DNA from: Spirochaetia bacterium
GTDB lineage: Bacteria > Spirochaetota > Spirochaetia > SZUA-6 > Bin103
DNA: 64,000 nucleotides
Assembly (NCBI GenBank): GCA_965198005.1
Contig: CBDAOI010000004.1
Coordinates: 1,613,779-1,677,778, forward strand
Direction of reading: 5' to 3'
The notes under the pieces were generated by a model, which was given only the letters and a program-made list of their open reading frames with translations, ran no database searches and was not told the origin of the DNA. The position numbers and the translations under genes were made by a program. Positions 1 through 9,708 of the stretch are shown piece after piece. Numbering within the stretch: position 1 is the first letter of the stretch; each line of letters begins with the position of its first letter.

Positions 1-375
1 GATGCGTTTGATCTTGCTGCCCAACTGATCGTCGGTGGCGAGCAGCTTGCGCAGTTGGGGGACGCTCCTGGTGGGCAGCTCGTTGACCAGCGCGAGGAGC
101 TTGGCGCGCAGCCCAGGATCGTGGACGCGAGGCGAGGTGGGCCGCGGCCGGTAGAACAGCAGCCCCCGGGGGCCCTTCTTGCGATAGCGGTGGAGGTAGC
201 CTCTGATGGTGCGCCCCCCAACCCGATGCTGCTCGCAGTAGCGCCGGCGTTCCGCGCGTTTGTCGGCGTTCCCGATGTGCGGGTCGAGCAGCATCTCGAC
301 CAAGCGCAGGCGTTCGTCAAACGCCTCCATGGCCGCGTCCGGGATCTGCTCCCAAGGGAAGTCGGGGCCGCTCAT
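1..375 (-). mobile_element. N-terminal 125 aa of a Mu/Tn7-type (TnsB/TniA/MuA-like) DDE transposase. The start ATG is at 375 and the gene runs off the left edge of the window.
   Basis: Own translation of the reverse complement of 1-375 gives MSGPDFPWEQIPDAAMEAFDERLRLVEMLLDPHIGNADKRAERRRYCEQHRVGGRTIRGYLHRYRKKGPRG.... This fits the HTH-rich N-terminus pattern of TnsB/TniA-type transposases. The ATG overlaps the stop of the upstream ORF in an ATGA arrangement. Confidence 0.4.
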
Positions 376-1004
376 TCGAGGTCCTCGCGCTCGCCGACGA
401 CGGCCCGCCGGCACAGCCAATCGCGGTACTCGCTGGTGAGCTCGTCGAGGGACAGGCGGGACTGCTCAGCGTACAGCTCACGCAGGCGCTCGACCTCCTC
501 GGCGAGCTTCTGCAGCAGCACCTCGCCGGCTACCTCCAGGTGGTGTGAATCGAGCGACTGCCACGGCTCGGGAGTGAGGAACAACTCCAGCACCCAGTCA
601 CAGAGAAACTGCAACCGGTCGCCGATCAGCTGCAGCAGCTGGGAGAGTTCATCGAATCCGCCCAGCACGCACTGGGGAGCATCGATGAGCTGGCTCAGAA
701 TGTTCTCCCGCACCAGCGCCGCCTGGCGGCTGAAGATCGACCCCCGAGTGTGGTCGGCGTGCAGCAACGCCGTCGCATCGCTGCTGCGGTAGCCAGCCAG
801 GGCACGCCACAGATCGCGCTCATCGGCGCTCCTGCGCCGGCAATGCTCCAGCAACCAGTCGCGGCGGCGTGGCGGTGGCGTCGGTTCGGTCAAGATCCGA
901 TGAAAGAGCAGCAGCAGCTCTTCCAGCTGCGCCAAACGGTCGGGGGAAACCAGTAGTTGATCCACTTTGATGCCTCCTGAGGGTGGATGCTTAAGTGGTA
1001 TCAA
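372..1004 (-). CDS. hypothetical protein, translationally coupled to the downstream transposase gene
   Basis: 210 aa ORF. Its stop overlaps the transposase start. I recognise no motifs. Confidence 0.3.
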   Translation of the reverse strand: MIPLKHPPSGGIKVDQLLVSPDRLAQLEELLLLFHRILTEPTPPPRRRDWLLEHCRRRSADERDLWRALAGYRSSDATALLHADHTRGSIFSRQAALVRENILSQLIDAPQCVLGGFDELSQLLQLIGDRLQFLCDWVLELFLTPEPWQSLDSHHLEVAGEVLLQKLAEEVERLRELYAEQSRLSLDELTSEYRDWLCRRAVVGEREDLE

Positions 1005-1584
1005 ACCAACAGCCGCCTCGAAATACTAAACTCAATGGAATCGGCGGGGGGCTCCGGGCGCGCTCCGCGACGTAGGCGAGGTGAACGCAGCCGATAACGG
1101 TGAACGCTACTCCGATGGCGGTGAGCGCGGCCTGTCTGGCATCCTCCAGCGCGGCCACTGAGCGCCGCAACTGCGCCAGCGCACCTTCGCCCACGCGCAC
1201 CGGTGGCAAGGCGGTGAACGGCGCCAGCTCGGCCACCCACTCGTTCACCTCCAGCAGCATCGCTGCGATGTTGTCGTCCACCCACAGCAGATGACGCGCT
1301 ATGGTGCGCTCACAGGCGCTGCCGATCACCGCGTAGCCGTGGTCACGCGCGCTGCCGGCCGTGGGGTGCTTCTTCCGCAGCTCGAGCACCAGGTCGAGCC
1401 TGATGTTGCACTCGGGAATCACAAACCACGGCAGCATGCGTTTGGTGTACTGGGTGCCCGCTTCCCGCGCCCGCTCACAGATGATCACCACGATCAGGTG
1501 TTGGTGATTACTGCCGTCGGTGCACCGCACCAGGCGTTTGCAGTAGCAATGAATCACCACCGCATGGCTCTCCCCGCACAGCAC
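991..1584 (-). CDS. Cys/His-rich putative zinc-ribbon protein, mobile-element associated. It may start further upstream (in-frame codons continue to about 1650 with a non-ATG start).
   Basis: Motif CVLCGESHAVVIHCYCKRLVRC near the N-terminus. First gene in the same orientation as the two genes to its left. Confidence 0.3.
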   Translation of the reverse strand: MLCGESHAVVIHCYCKRLVRCTDGSNHQHLIVVIICERAREAGTQYTKRMLPWFVIPECNIRLDLVLELRKKHPTAGSARDHGYAVIGSACERTIARHLLWVDDNIAAMLLEVNEWVAELAPFTALPPVRVGEGALAQLRRSVAALEDARQAALTAIGVAFTVIGCVHLAYVAERARSPPPIPLSLVFRGGCWFDTT

Positions 1585-1799
1585 GCAGGGACGCTTGCCG
1601 CCTTCTCTGATCAGGGATTGGCGGTAGGCTTGAAAGTCGAAGCCGTCTAGTTCAGGATGATCCAGCTTTTAGGTGGGGGTCACCGTTGTACCCGGAGTAA
1701 GTACTGGCGGTGGCCCCTATCTTTTTTCGTGATCTCCGGAACGCTTCCCGGGCGAACCTATCCTACCCCACTGGCGGATTTGTCCACATCTCGGAAATC

Positions 1800-2291
1800 T
1801 CACCTGGCGGGCAACACGATGCGACCGAGCAACTCCCCGCGCAACTCCTCCGGTCCCACCTGCGTCTGGTCGATCAACAGGTGCGCGTAGCGCGGCACTC
1901 CCGGCCAATCTCGCACCGCTTCGGCAAACAGCTCCGCAAACTCGCGCGCTTCGCGCCAAACGCGCCCGCCCTGATACAGAACCAGCGGTACGATCGGGCG
2001 CAACTGTTTCTCCTGCGGATGCCGCCGCCGATCGCGTTCCCAGATCCGGATGCTGTACTTCAGCAGCCGCAGCCGCAACCACGGGTCCGGGGTCGACTGG
2101 TGCTCCAGCAGCACGTACAGCCACGCCGCGGCGCCGTCGGCCGTGCGCCGGATCGCGTACAGCAGGTCCGATTCGCTGTCGCGCAGGCGGTCGTCGATGA
2201 AGCTCACCGACTGCCACTCGAGGCTCGACCACAGCAATTCGCGGCTGACCGACGGCGGCAGGTAGGCTTGCAGCAGGCTGGCCGCCTCGGT
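1800..2291 (-). pseudogene. Rpn/YhgA-like (transposase_31, PD-(D/E)XK) recombination-promoting nuclease lacking its own start. It is fused in frame to a permease C-terminal fragment.
   Basis: ASLLQAYLPPSVSRELLWSSLEWQSVSFIDDRLRDSESDLLYAIRRTADGAAAWLYVLLEHQSTPDPWLRLRLLKYSIRIWER...PIVPLVLYQGG follows the order of motifs in E. coli RpnA/YhgA (FLEIHLP...ILWSV...YVLIEHQSSPD...LLRY...VIPVLFYHG). Confidence 0.5.
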
Positions 2292-2302
2292 CAGGGTCAG
2301 GC

Positions 2303-2745
2303 ACAGGCCTGACCACAGCGCCAGCCACGGCGCCTGCTCCATGTACTTGCGGCCGTCCCGGCTCAGCAGCGTCCCCCAGCTCGGAATCTCGGGCGACAGT
2401 CCGAACCCCAGGAAACTCAGCGACGCCTCGCTGATGATCACCGCGCCGATGTTGATGCAGCCCCGGAAACGCCATCCAGGCATCGACAACCCGCTGGACC
2501 ACCAGGTCCAGCTTGCCACCGAAGAATCCGGCCGTGCCGCCGATCAGCACCGCAACCAGGACGTTGAGGCTGGTCGCGACCAGGCCGACGAACATGGAAA
2601 TACGCGCCCCGTGGATATTGCGGCTCAAGAAGTCGCGCCCCAACTGATCGGTACCCATCAGATGCTCGGCCGACGGGGGCTTCAGCAGCGCTCTCAGGTG
2701 CACTTCATCGAAAATCGCCACCAGAATCAAGCCCAGTACGACCAC
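2303..2745 (-). pseudogene. degenerate, frameshifted copy of a DppC/OppC-like ABC permease (N-terminal segment in one frame, C-terminal segment in another)
   Basis: Frame A: EHLMGTDQLGRDFLSRNIHGARISMFVGLVATSLNVLVAVLIGGTAGFFGGKLDLVVQRVVDAWMAFPGL. Frame B: IISEASLSFLGFGLSPEIPSWGTLLSRDGRKYMEQAPWLALWSGLCL. Both align to the intact permease at 14861-15793. Confidence 0.5.
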
Positions 2746-3152
2746 GCCGCCAGCGGTGCCGAGCGGCTCTCTACGTCGACGCCAATGGCCTGCCAGTAGG
2801 AGGCAGCGAATTGTGCATAGTCGAAATCGGCATGTTCGAAATGGGACTCGGTAGCCTTGATTCGAATACCGTCGGCGCCGCGCGGATATCCAGCCTCATC
2901 CAGAAGCTTCTCGGCCCCTTCCGGGTCGTAGTAGGTGTCGTTCATCGTCTCGAGGTCGAGTGCCATCTGCATCGCCCGGCGCACCCTGACGTCTTTTGAG
3001 AACGGATTGTCCTTGCTCATGTTAAAAGCGAAAGCGTTCTCCGACCGAATCGACCACGGGTAGAATGTGATTTCGGGGTTGGTCCGCATGGAGGGGTCGG
3101 GGAATTCGCGGCTGACCGCCGTACGCGAAGCGTAGTAGTACTTGCCTTCCAT
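2727..3152 (-). pseudogene. fragment of a family-5 ABC substrate-binding protein with an internal deletion
   Basis: DVRVRRAMQMALDLET...YDPEGAEKLLDEAGYPRGADGIRIKAT...YWQAIGVDVE aligns to the intact substrate-binding protein at 11926-13749 but lacks about 30 residues. Confidence 0.5.
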
Positions 3153-3178
3153 CGCTGCCGGACGTACATTGGCCGTAC

Positions 3179-3466
3179 ATGCCGACAGTCACGAACCGTC
3201 GCCGCAGCGAGCGTTTGGAAGTCAGGACCACGCCGGAGGATCGCACTCTCATCGACCGAGCCGTTGCCGCGGAGGGAACTGATCTCACTGCGTTCGTCGT
3301 GAGCAGCGTCACAACCGCTGCGCGCCGCGTGCTCGCGGATCGGTCCGCGTTCATCATGACCCCCGAAGTTGCCAAGGTCTGGGAGGCCACCAACAAGCGC
3401 CAAGCCCGGGACTTGCCCGGACTTCGCAAGCTGATGAAGCGTGCCTCACCCTTCGTCACCGGATGA
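3179..3466 (+). CDS. DUF1778 (TacA/AtaR-like RHH) antitoxin
   Basis: 95 aa. Pattern RLEVRTTPEDRTLIDRAVAAEGTDLTAFVV...LRKLMKRASPF matches DUF1778 antitoxins. ATGA overlap with the downstream GNAT gene. Confidence 0.65.
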   Translation: MPTVTNRRRSERLEVRTTPEDRTLIDRAVAAEGTDLTAFVVSSVTTAARRVLADRSAFIMTPEVAKVWEATNKRQARDLPGLRKLMKRASPFVTG

Positions 3467-3984
3467 TCCACGGATACCTGCCGCCGGGACTGCTGACCAA
3501 CGACCACGTGGTGGAGAGCTTCGCGTGCCGTTCCGTGGAGCAGACCCAGTGGCTCAGACGATACGCCCGCCAGTCGGCTGCTGCCGGTACGACGAAGGTC
3601 TTGGTGGTCACGCAGTCCGACCGCGTGGAGGTCGTCGGCTATTACGCATGGTGCATGGCAAGCATCGCTGTGGAGGCCGCCCCGCAGCGGCTGAGGAGGG
3701 GAGCTGGACGCTATCCACAGCCGGTTGCTCTGCTGGCGCGACTTGGCGTCAGTGTCCGACACGAACGGCGTGGCTTGAGTGCAGGGATGCTGCAAGACGT
3801 GATCAAGCGCACCACCGCCCTTGGTACCGAAATCGGCTGTCGAGGGCTCCTGGTCCATGCCGAGACTGCTGAGGTCAGCGACTTCTACCGGCACCTGGTC
3901 CCCGAGTTCGAGCCCTCGCCGACAGACGAGCTCCATCTGCTGCTGCTCATGAAGGACATTCTCCGCACCCTGAGCGTGCGGTAG
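3463..3984 (+). CDS. GNAT-family acetyltransferase toxin (TacT/AtaT-like)
   Basis: 173 aa GNAT fold. Paired with the DUF1778 antitoxin and translationally coupled to it. Confidence 0.65.
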   Translation: MIHGYLPPGLLTNDHVVESFACRSVEQTQWLRRYARQSAAAGTTKVLVVTQSDRVEVVGYYAWCMASIAVEAAPQRLRRGAGRYPQPVALLARLGVSVRHERRGLSAGMLQDVIKRTTALGTEIGCRGLLVHAETAEVSDFYRHLVPEFEPSPTDELHLLLLMKDILRTLSVR

Positions 3985-3990
3985 CGCCGT

Positions 3991-4068
3991 CGGCAGGTAG
4001 GCTTGCAGCAGGCTGGCCGCTTCGGTTTCCTTGTGTTCTCCGAAGACGGAACGGAACAGGTGCCACAC
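3991..4068 (-). pseudogene. orphan N-terminal 26 codons of the Rpn/YhgA-like gene, with its start codon
   Basis: MWHLFRSVFGEHKETEAASLLQAYLP equals the RpnA N-terminus ([24 protein letters not shown]). It ends at the 36-bp repeat. Confidence 0.4.
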
Positions 4069-4151
4069 CAGACCGACGGGGGATCGGGAACTCCGGGTGG
4101 TAACCGCCCATGGCGCCTTCGTGAACCCGGGACATCGCCGCGCTTTGATCA

Positions 4152-4453
4152 GGCTGGTTCGTAGCGCTGAACTGCGATCTCACTCGCACGTGCACGCATC
4201 TGAGCGGCATCGTACCATGCCTGCATCTTCAGCAGCAGGTCCAGGCTGACGTCGAAGGCTTTCTCGATGCGCAACGCCATTTCCGGAGAGAGCGAGGCGT
4301 TGCCATTGAGCAGGGCCGAGAGGGTCGCCCGACGGACCCCGAGAATCAGGGCTGCCCTCGTTACGCTCAGCCCCAACTCCTCAATAACCTCCGTGCGGAT
4401 AAAATCGCCCGGATGAGATGGGGCCATGTTCACTTCGATACCGTTGGTAGCCA
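4152..4453 (-). CDS. higA: HigA antitoxin (XRE-family HTH)
   Basis: MATNGIEVNMAPSHPGDFIRTEVIEELGLSVTRAALILGVRRATLSALLNGNASLSPEMALRIEKAF. Start is immediately after the higB stop. Confidence 0.7.
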
Positions 4454-4747
4454 TCAGTGGTAATCCTCCAGATTCAAGCTGTCGATGTAGCCGTCCTCTA
4501 CTGCAAACGTGATCCGCCAATTGCCGGAGACCGAAACGCTCCAGTCGTGCTGCCGGTCACCGGAGAGTCGGTGAACACGCCAGCCAGGCGGCGCCGCGGC
4601 AATAAACTCGTCAATGTTCTCGGCCAGGATGAACACGGTCAGGATCTTTCGCACTCGGTCGACAAGGTCCTGCGGCAGAAACCTGGGGTTGTCGTCCTCG
4701 AGCAGGCGGCGCAACCCCCGGTGACGCACAGAGCGAATGATCACGCC
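4454..4747 (-). CDS. higB: HigB toxin (RelE/ParE superfamily, plasmid killer family), GTG start
   Basis: C-terminus NWRITFAVEDGYIDSLNLEDYH matches the HigB signature (NWRITFQF...ILNYEDYH). Confidence 0.7.
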   Translation of the reverse strand, partial: GVIIRSVRHRGLRRLLEDDNPRFLPQDLVDRVRKILTVFILAENIDEFIAAAPPGWRVHRLSGDRQHDWSVSVSGNWRITFAVEDGYIDSLNLEDYH

Positions 4748-4939
4748 ACAAGCGTACGGCTGCACCGTTCGCGTGGCAAGCAGCGCGTCGTGCGCGGTGG
4801 CGCGGCAAGCGGTGCCCGTTTCCCGGATCCGCGGCATCTCCCGGCGGTGGCGCGAGGTCGAAGTGTTCGGGAGGCTGTGACCTGCCCTCACCCGCGCGAC
4901 CGGCTGCGACCGGACCTGGGCCGTGCCCGCCGGCCGCGG

Positions 4940-5569
4940 CGCCGCCACGTTGGGCAGCACGTGGCGCACCAGCGCTCCCATCCGGGTGCTGCCGGTGGCC
5001 GTGGCCGCCTGCAGGTAGTCGTTCTCCTTGACCGCGATTACCGCGCCTCGGACCAGCCGCGAGGCCACCACGCCGCCCGTGACGCCCAGCACCAGGATGA
5101 GCTGCAGCAGGCCCTGTCCGACCAGCGACATGATCGTCAGCAACAGGAGCAGACCCGGAAACGCCATCCAGGCGTCGACAAACCGCTGCACCACCAGGTC
5201 CAGCTTGGCGCCGAAGAATCCGGCGGTGCCGCCGATCAGCACCGCAACCAGGACGTTGAGGCTGGTCGCGACCACGCCCACGAGCATGGAAACCCGAGCC
5301 CCGTGGATATTGCGGCTCAAGAAGTCGCGCCCCAACTGATCGGTACCCATCAGATGCTCGGCCGACGGCGGTTTCAGCAGCGCTCTCAGGTGCACTTCAT
5401 CGAACGGATAGGGGGCCAGCACGTCGGCGAAGATCGCCACCAGAATCAAGCCCAACACGACCACGCCGCCAGCGGTGCCGAGCGGCTTCTCGCGCCACAG
5501 CCGGAGCAGAAAGTGAACCAGCCCCGCTGATGGTGTCCTTGCGGCGTCCCCCATGCGCTCGGTCCCCAT
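4940..5569 (-). pseudogene. DppC/OppC-like ABC permease, N-terminal about 200 aa only. Truncated where higBA sits.
   Basis: Aligns to the 14861-15793 permease up to VRHVLPNVAAP, then reads through into non-homologous sequence. Confidence 0.55.
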
Positions 5570-5619
5570 ACCTGGCTAGGTGTAGCGCGGGTGACGACCG
5601 GAATGAGGGCGTTCTTGAC

Positions 5620-6108
5620 GGCGTGCCGGATGACCACGACCCGCTCCCGCAGTCCTTTCGACCAGGCGGTTCTGATGTAGTCCTGGCGCAGCACCTCCAG
5701 CATCATGGTGCGCGTCATGCGCATGGTGGCTGCCGACAGCGCCGTCCCCAGGATCAGGCCGGGAATGATGAACATGCCCAGGTGTCCCAGCGGGTCGTCG
5801 GAGAACGGAATGAGCTGCATCCGTGGCGTCCAACCCCACCAGATCACCGGATAGGTCATGAGTCGCCGAGGGTGCCGCGCAGGATAATGCCCTCCAACCA
5901 GCGGCCATACTGCACGTGGACCGGCACGTCCAACCCCAGCTCGTGCAGCAGCGCCTCGCGGTCCAGGCCGAACAGGGCATTGTCAGTCGCCACCATCTGG
6001 TCTATTACGTCGCCCGGGATGAAGCGGGCCGAGAGGAAAACCAGAATGCTCAATATGAAGAGCGTAGGGATGACGAGCAGCAGCCGCCGGATGACGTAGG
6101 CTCGCATA
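5620..6108 (-). pseudogene. DppB/OppB-like ABC permease with an internal deletion of about 75 aa and a scrambled C-terminus
   Basis: MRAYVIRRLLLVIPTLF...GTLGDS, then stop, then PVIWWGWTP...RTAWSKGLRERVVVIRHAVKNALIPVV, compared with the intact 13838-14851 permease. Confidence 0.5.
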
Positions 6109-6139
6109 GGCAGTTGAAGGCGCAGCGATTCCGTCGCAA

Positions 6140-6190
6140 TGAGCGGGAGAGCCGAGCGGCGACGCTCACCTGCGAAGCCTCTCCGCTCTC
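6140..6190. promoter_or_regulatory. GC-rich intercistronic stem-loop between the substrate-binding-protein fragment and the permease pseudogene
   Basis: GGGAGAGCCGAGCGGCG...CTCTCCGCTCTCCC inverted repeat. Analogous hairpins sit between substrate-binding protein and permease in all intact operons. Confidence 0.4.
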
Positions 6191-6218
6191 CCTGCGGCAA
6201 CCTGCGAGGGAAAAGCCC

Positions 6219-6893
6219 CTACTGACCCATTTCTTTCATCAGATCGTGGTCGAACCAGAGGCGGGAGAACACGAGAATACGGTCATCGCCGCCCAAGGTT
6301 GCTTCACCGTTATAGCCTATGACCCACGGCTGCACTGCGTTGAAGTTTGGAACCACGGGACCCCATATAGTGATGTGGTTCCGTATGTAGTACATATCTG
6401 CCGCTTTGACCGCCCTCTGCTGCTCCTCGACACTGGTAGCGTCTCGGACGGCTTCAAACAGCCGGTCATATTCCGGATCGTTGTAGTGTGGGGGGTTCCA
6501 TGTTGCCCCCGAGAAATAGTAGCCAATCGGCTCGACCGGGGCAAGATACTGGACCGCAGCAGCCCAGGAGACCATGTCTCCGTATTGCGCTTCACGAACC
6601 ATGCCCCCGTAAGCACCCGCCGGCGGAATGGACACATCCACGTCAACGCCAATTTCCATCCAGTAGCCGGCCACGAGTTCGAAGTAGTCAATGGCAAACT
6701 CGAAAGCGGTCATGGTGGCCTTCAATCGAATGCCGTCCGCGCCGCGCGGATATCCCGCCTCATCCAGGAGCTTCTCAGCTCCTTCCGGGTCATACGTATA
6801 GGCCTTCTTGACCTCTTCGGGCCACTCTCGGAATGGAGTATTGTACCCTACGAGGGCCTCCCCTATCAAACCCTGAGGCTGCCACTTGGACAA
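6219..6893 (-). pseudogene. family-5 ABC substrate-binding protein, C-terminal 224 aa only
   Basis: [38 protein letters not shown]...WGPVVPNFNAVQPWVIGYNGE aligns to the C-terminal third of the intact proteins at 11926, 35597 and 54155. Confidence 0.55.
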
Positions 6894-6939
6894 TCCCCGT
6901 GTCGCTTGATAGCACCTACCAGTTGAACACGGGTGGCAA

Positions 6940-7399
6940 CACGGATTTCCTCAATATGAAGGCCTTAGACCGCCTGAAGTCCAAGAAAGTCTCCAAGACG
7001 GAGTCCGTGCAGTCGCAATTGGACGAACGGCTGGATTCTCGGAACATTCATATTGGACCGTCCGACTACGTGCCGTGGCAGGGCGACAACAAGGTTGCCT
7101 TCATCCGGATGGAAGGTCGCGGCTTCGGGGACGTGCCGTTGGAACTCGAACTCAGGCTGTCGGTCCAGGATTCCCCCAACAGCGCCGGCGTGGTCATCGA
7201 TGCCATCCGTTGCGCCAGACTGGGGTTGGAGCGCGGCATCGGCGGACCATTGGAGGCGCCTTCCGCCTACTATATGAAAAGCCCTCCGAAACAGATGCGT
7301 GATTCGGTGGGCCATGATTTGACCGAGGCATTTATTCAAGGTAGTGATGCCGGCGGCACTTCCAGTACGGAGGATGTTCGAACAACCGCCGGTGAATAG
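6940..7399 (+). pseudogene. ino1: myo-inositol-1-phosphate synthase, C-terminal about 150 aa only (5' part lost)
   Basis: [70 protein letters not shown] matches the conserved C-terminal block of the synthase family. Confidence 0.55.
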
Positions 7400-7484
7400 C
7401 CCCGACAGTCAGGCTGCCGATAATGGTCCTGGCGGTGCGAACGCTGCGCGGACCGCCGCCTCGCCCTGGACGGAGCGGTTACTT

Positions 7485-8266
7485 ATGCTCCACCGCCAAG
7501 TGCGGAGTGCGGTCGCGAACGCCGACCGCGCTGGAACCGGATCCAGGAACGCGAAGGGCGACGATGTCAAACGCTTCGACCTGGTTGCCGACGACGCGGC
7601 TTTAGCTGTCCTCCGGGAACTCCAGTTGCCGGTCGTCATTGTTTCCGAGGAGGCGAGCCTCTTGAAATCGGTTCCGGCACGCCGCGACCTCGTCTCGTCC
7701 TCGATCCAGTGGATGGGTCCGACAACTGGGCGCAGGGGTTGCCGCTGTCAGCCTTGTCCTGCGCCGTGCTGCCGGCTGACGCCCCCCTCCACCCCGATTG
7801 GGTCGAAGCGGCTCTGGTTGGGCCGCTCGAGCCGGGCACGCCCCTGATCGCCGTTAAGGGCTCTGGTGCTTGGCGCGGGAAGCAACGCCTCCATACTTTC
7901 GGCGTCCGCAACGTCGCCGAGGCCACGATCTCGGTCGAACTCAATCATCATTCTCCGTCGCCGGGCCTTGCCCGCCTGATGACCGCTGCCAGAGGCGTGC
8001 GGTGTTACGGCTGCGCGTCACGCGCCATCTCCCTGGTCGCCGAGGGCGCGACAGACGCCCATGTGGACGCGCGTGGCCGTCTGACCGCGGAAAGCTACCT
8101 CGCCGCCGCTCGGTTGGTGATCGAGGCGGGGGGCTGGGTTGTCGGCCTCAACGGCGCGCCCTTGGCGGCGCCGGAAAGCTTGACCGACCGCGTCAGCCTG
8201 GTCGCCGCGTCGAGCCGGACGCTGTGCGATGAAATCGTGGAAGTTTTGGGCGATGAACAACACTGA
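7485..8266 (+). pseudogene. inositol monophosphatase family (SuhB/IMPase) with a +1 frameshift near 7665-7690
   Basis: Frame 1 has ...FDLVADDAALAVLRELQLPVVIVSEEASLLKSVPAR. The continuation RLVLDPVDGSDNWAQGLPLSALSCAVL... is in another frame. SuhB motifs ITEESG and WVIDPLDGTTNF are conserved. Confidence 0.55.
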
Positions 8267-9479
8267 CTTGACTACGGCGGCACCGGATATGGCGCTGATC
8301 CTGGCTGCCGGATTGGGGTCGCGGCTTCGACCGCAAACCAAGACACCGAAACCCCTGGCCAGGGTGCTTGGATTGACTCTCGCGGAACGGGTCGTGTGCA
8401 CAATGTTGGCCGCCGGCATCCGCCGGTTTCTTGTCATCCTTGGTCATGAGGCCGAAACGGTCAGAGCCCATTTTTCCGATATCGCCCAACGTCGCGGCGT
8501 CACGATTGACTTCATCGAAGGCGAGGCCTGGGAGCGCGGCAATGGCGCCAGTGCCCTGGCGGCCAAGGGTCGCACCGGCGAGGCGCCCTTCTTCCTGGTC
8601 ATGATCGATCATCTTTTTGATCCCCGGATCGCGCGTGCACTGGACGACGACCCTCCCGCACCAGGAGAAATGTGCCTCGCGGTGGACCGCGATAAGGATG
8701 GCATCTTCGATCTCGACGATGTCACTCGGGTCAAGATCGACGACGGACGCATTCAAGAGATCGAGAAGACGCTCGATGATTGGGATGCCGGCGACACCGG
8801 AGTCATGCTTTGTACGTCCGGCCTGTTCGAAGGGCTTGAGCGCGCGGCGGCGCGGAACGAGCATGGACTCTCCGACGGGCTCAGGGAACTGGCGCGTGAA
8901 GGCCGCGCGAGCACCGTCGATGTGACGGGAATGCCGTGGCTCGACGTGGATACACCCGAAGCCTTGCGTGAGGCCCAGCGAAGGCTCATGCGCGACCAAG
9001 CCGGTAAAACCTGGGACGGACCGGTGGCGCGCCATTTCAACCGACGGGTTTCCCGCTGGCTCAGCCGCTACCTGGTTGGCACAGCCGTGACGCCCAACCA
9101 AATTTCCCTAGCCTCCTGGTTGCTGTCGTGTATCGCGGCGGGATTGATGGCATTGGGCGGCTATCCGGCCCTGGCCGCCGGTGGCGTGCTCGCACAGCTG
9201 GCCTCGGTCGTCGACGGGTGCGATGGCGAGATCGCTCGTCTGAAGCACTCGCAGAGCGAGTTTGGCGGCTGGTTCGACGCGGTCCTCGACCGGTATGCCG
9301 ACGCCCCGCCTGCGTTCCTTAGCAATGCAGGAGCTACGCTCCTGCGTGACACGGGCGCACGTTGGGCGCGGCCCCCTAAAAAGCGGCCATTCGTCAGGAG
9401 ATCGGTGGTGGGTTGGCGCCTGCCAGGATCGCCTCCATCCGCAAGCGGACGCGGCTCAGGGTCGGCTCAGGATGGGTGA
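8256..9479 (+). pseudogene. bifunctional CTP:inositol-1-phosphate cytidylyltransferase / CDP-alcohol phosphatidyltransferase (IPCT/DIPPS-like). The C-terminus appears truncated or frameshifted after the DRYAD motif.
   Basis: N-terminal NTP-transferase motif LILAAGLGSRL. C-terminal CDP-OH transferase motif DGCDGEIARLKHSQSEFGGWFDAVLDRYAD. The expected about 100 further hydrophobic residues are missing; the ORF ends in a charged low-complexity tail. Confidence 0.55.
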
Positions 9480-9666
9480 GCAGGGTAGAACCGTTCCTCA
9501 CGGCTGCCATCGACCGCGAGACTGGCCACCGCCCCGGGGGAGATACCCTCGACCTGCTGCCGGTCGTAGCGGTGGTGATCCGCGTAACCGCGTATTTACT
9601 CGCGGCGTAGGTGGGCGCGCCGTGGGCAGAAGACGTCCCCGCTACAGTGTGGACAGTGTGGCGACC

Positions 9667-9695
9667 CGGCTTGACCACTCTGCCCCAGTCTAGTA
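9667..9695 (+). promoter_or_regulatory. sigma70-like promoter candidate upstream of the SDR gene
   Basis: TTGACC, 17 nt, TACCAA, followed by AAGGAG ribosome-binding site and ATG at 9709. Confidence 0.35.
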
Positions 9696-9708
9696 CCAAG
9701 GAGTCAAT

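Noticed and set aside
372-1004. Possibility that the 210-aa protein upstream of the TnsB-like gene is a TnsA homologue
   Set aside because: Its position and coupling are like tnsA-tnsB, but no restriction-endonuclease-fold motifs are visible. Left as hypothetical.
8193-9101. 302-aa minus-strand ORF opposite the IPCT/DIPPS gene
   Set aside because: No recognisable motifs; it is antisense to a gene with clear homology. This is the typical GC-rich open-frame artefact. The same judgement applies to 18090-19334, 25254-26798, 23957-26734, 22568-23557, 29632-30801, 32027-33058, 45948-46949, 47039-48127, 59636-60478 and similar ORFs.
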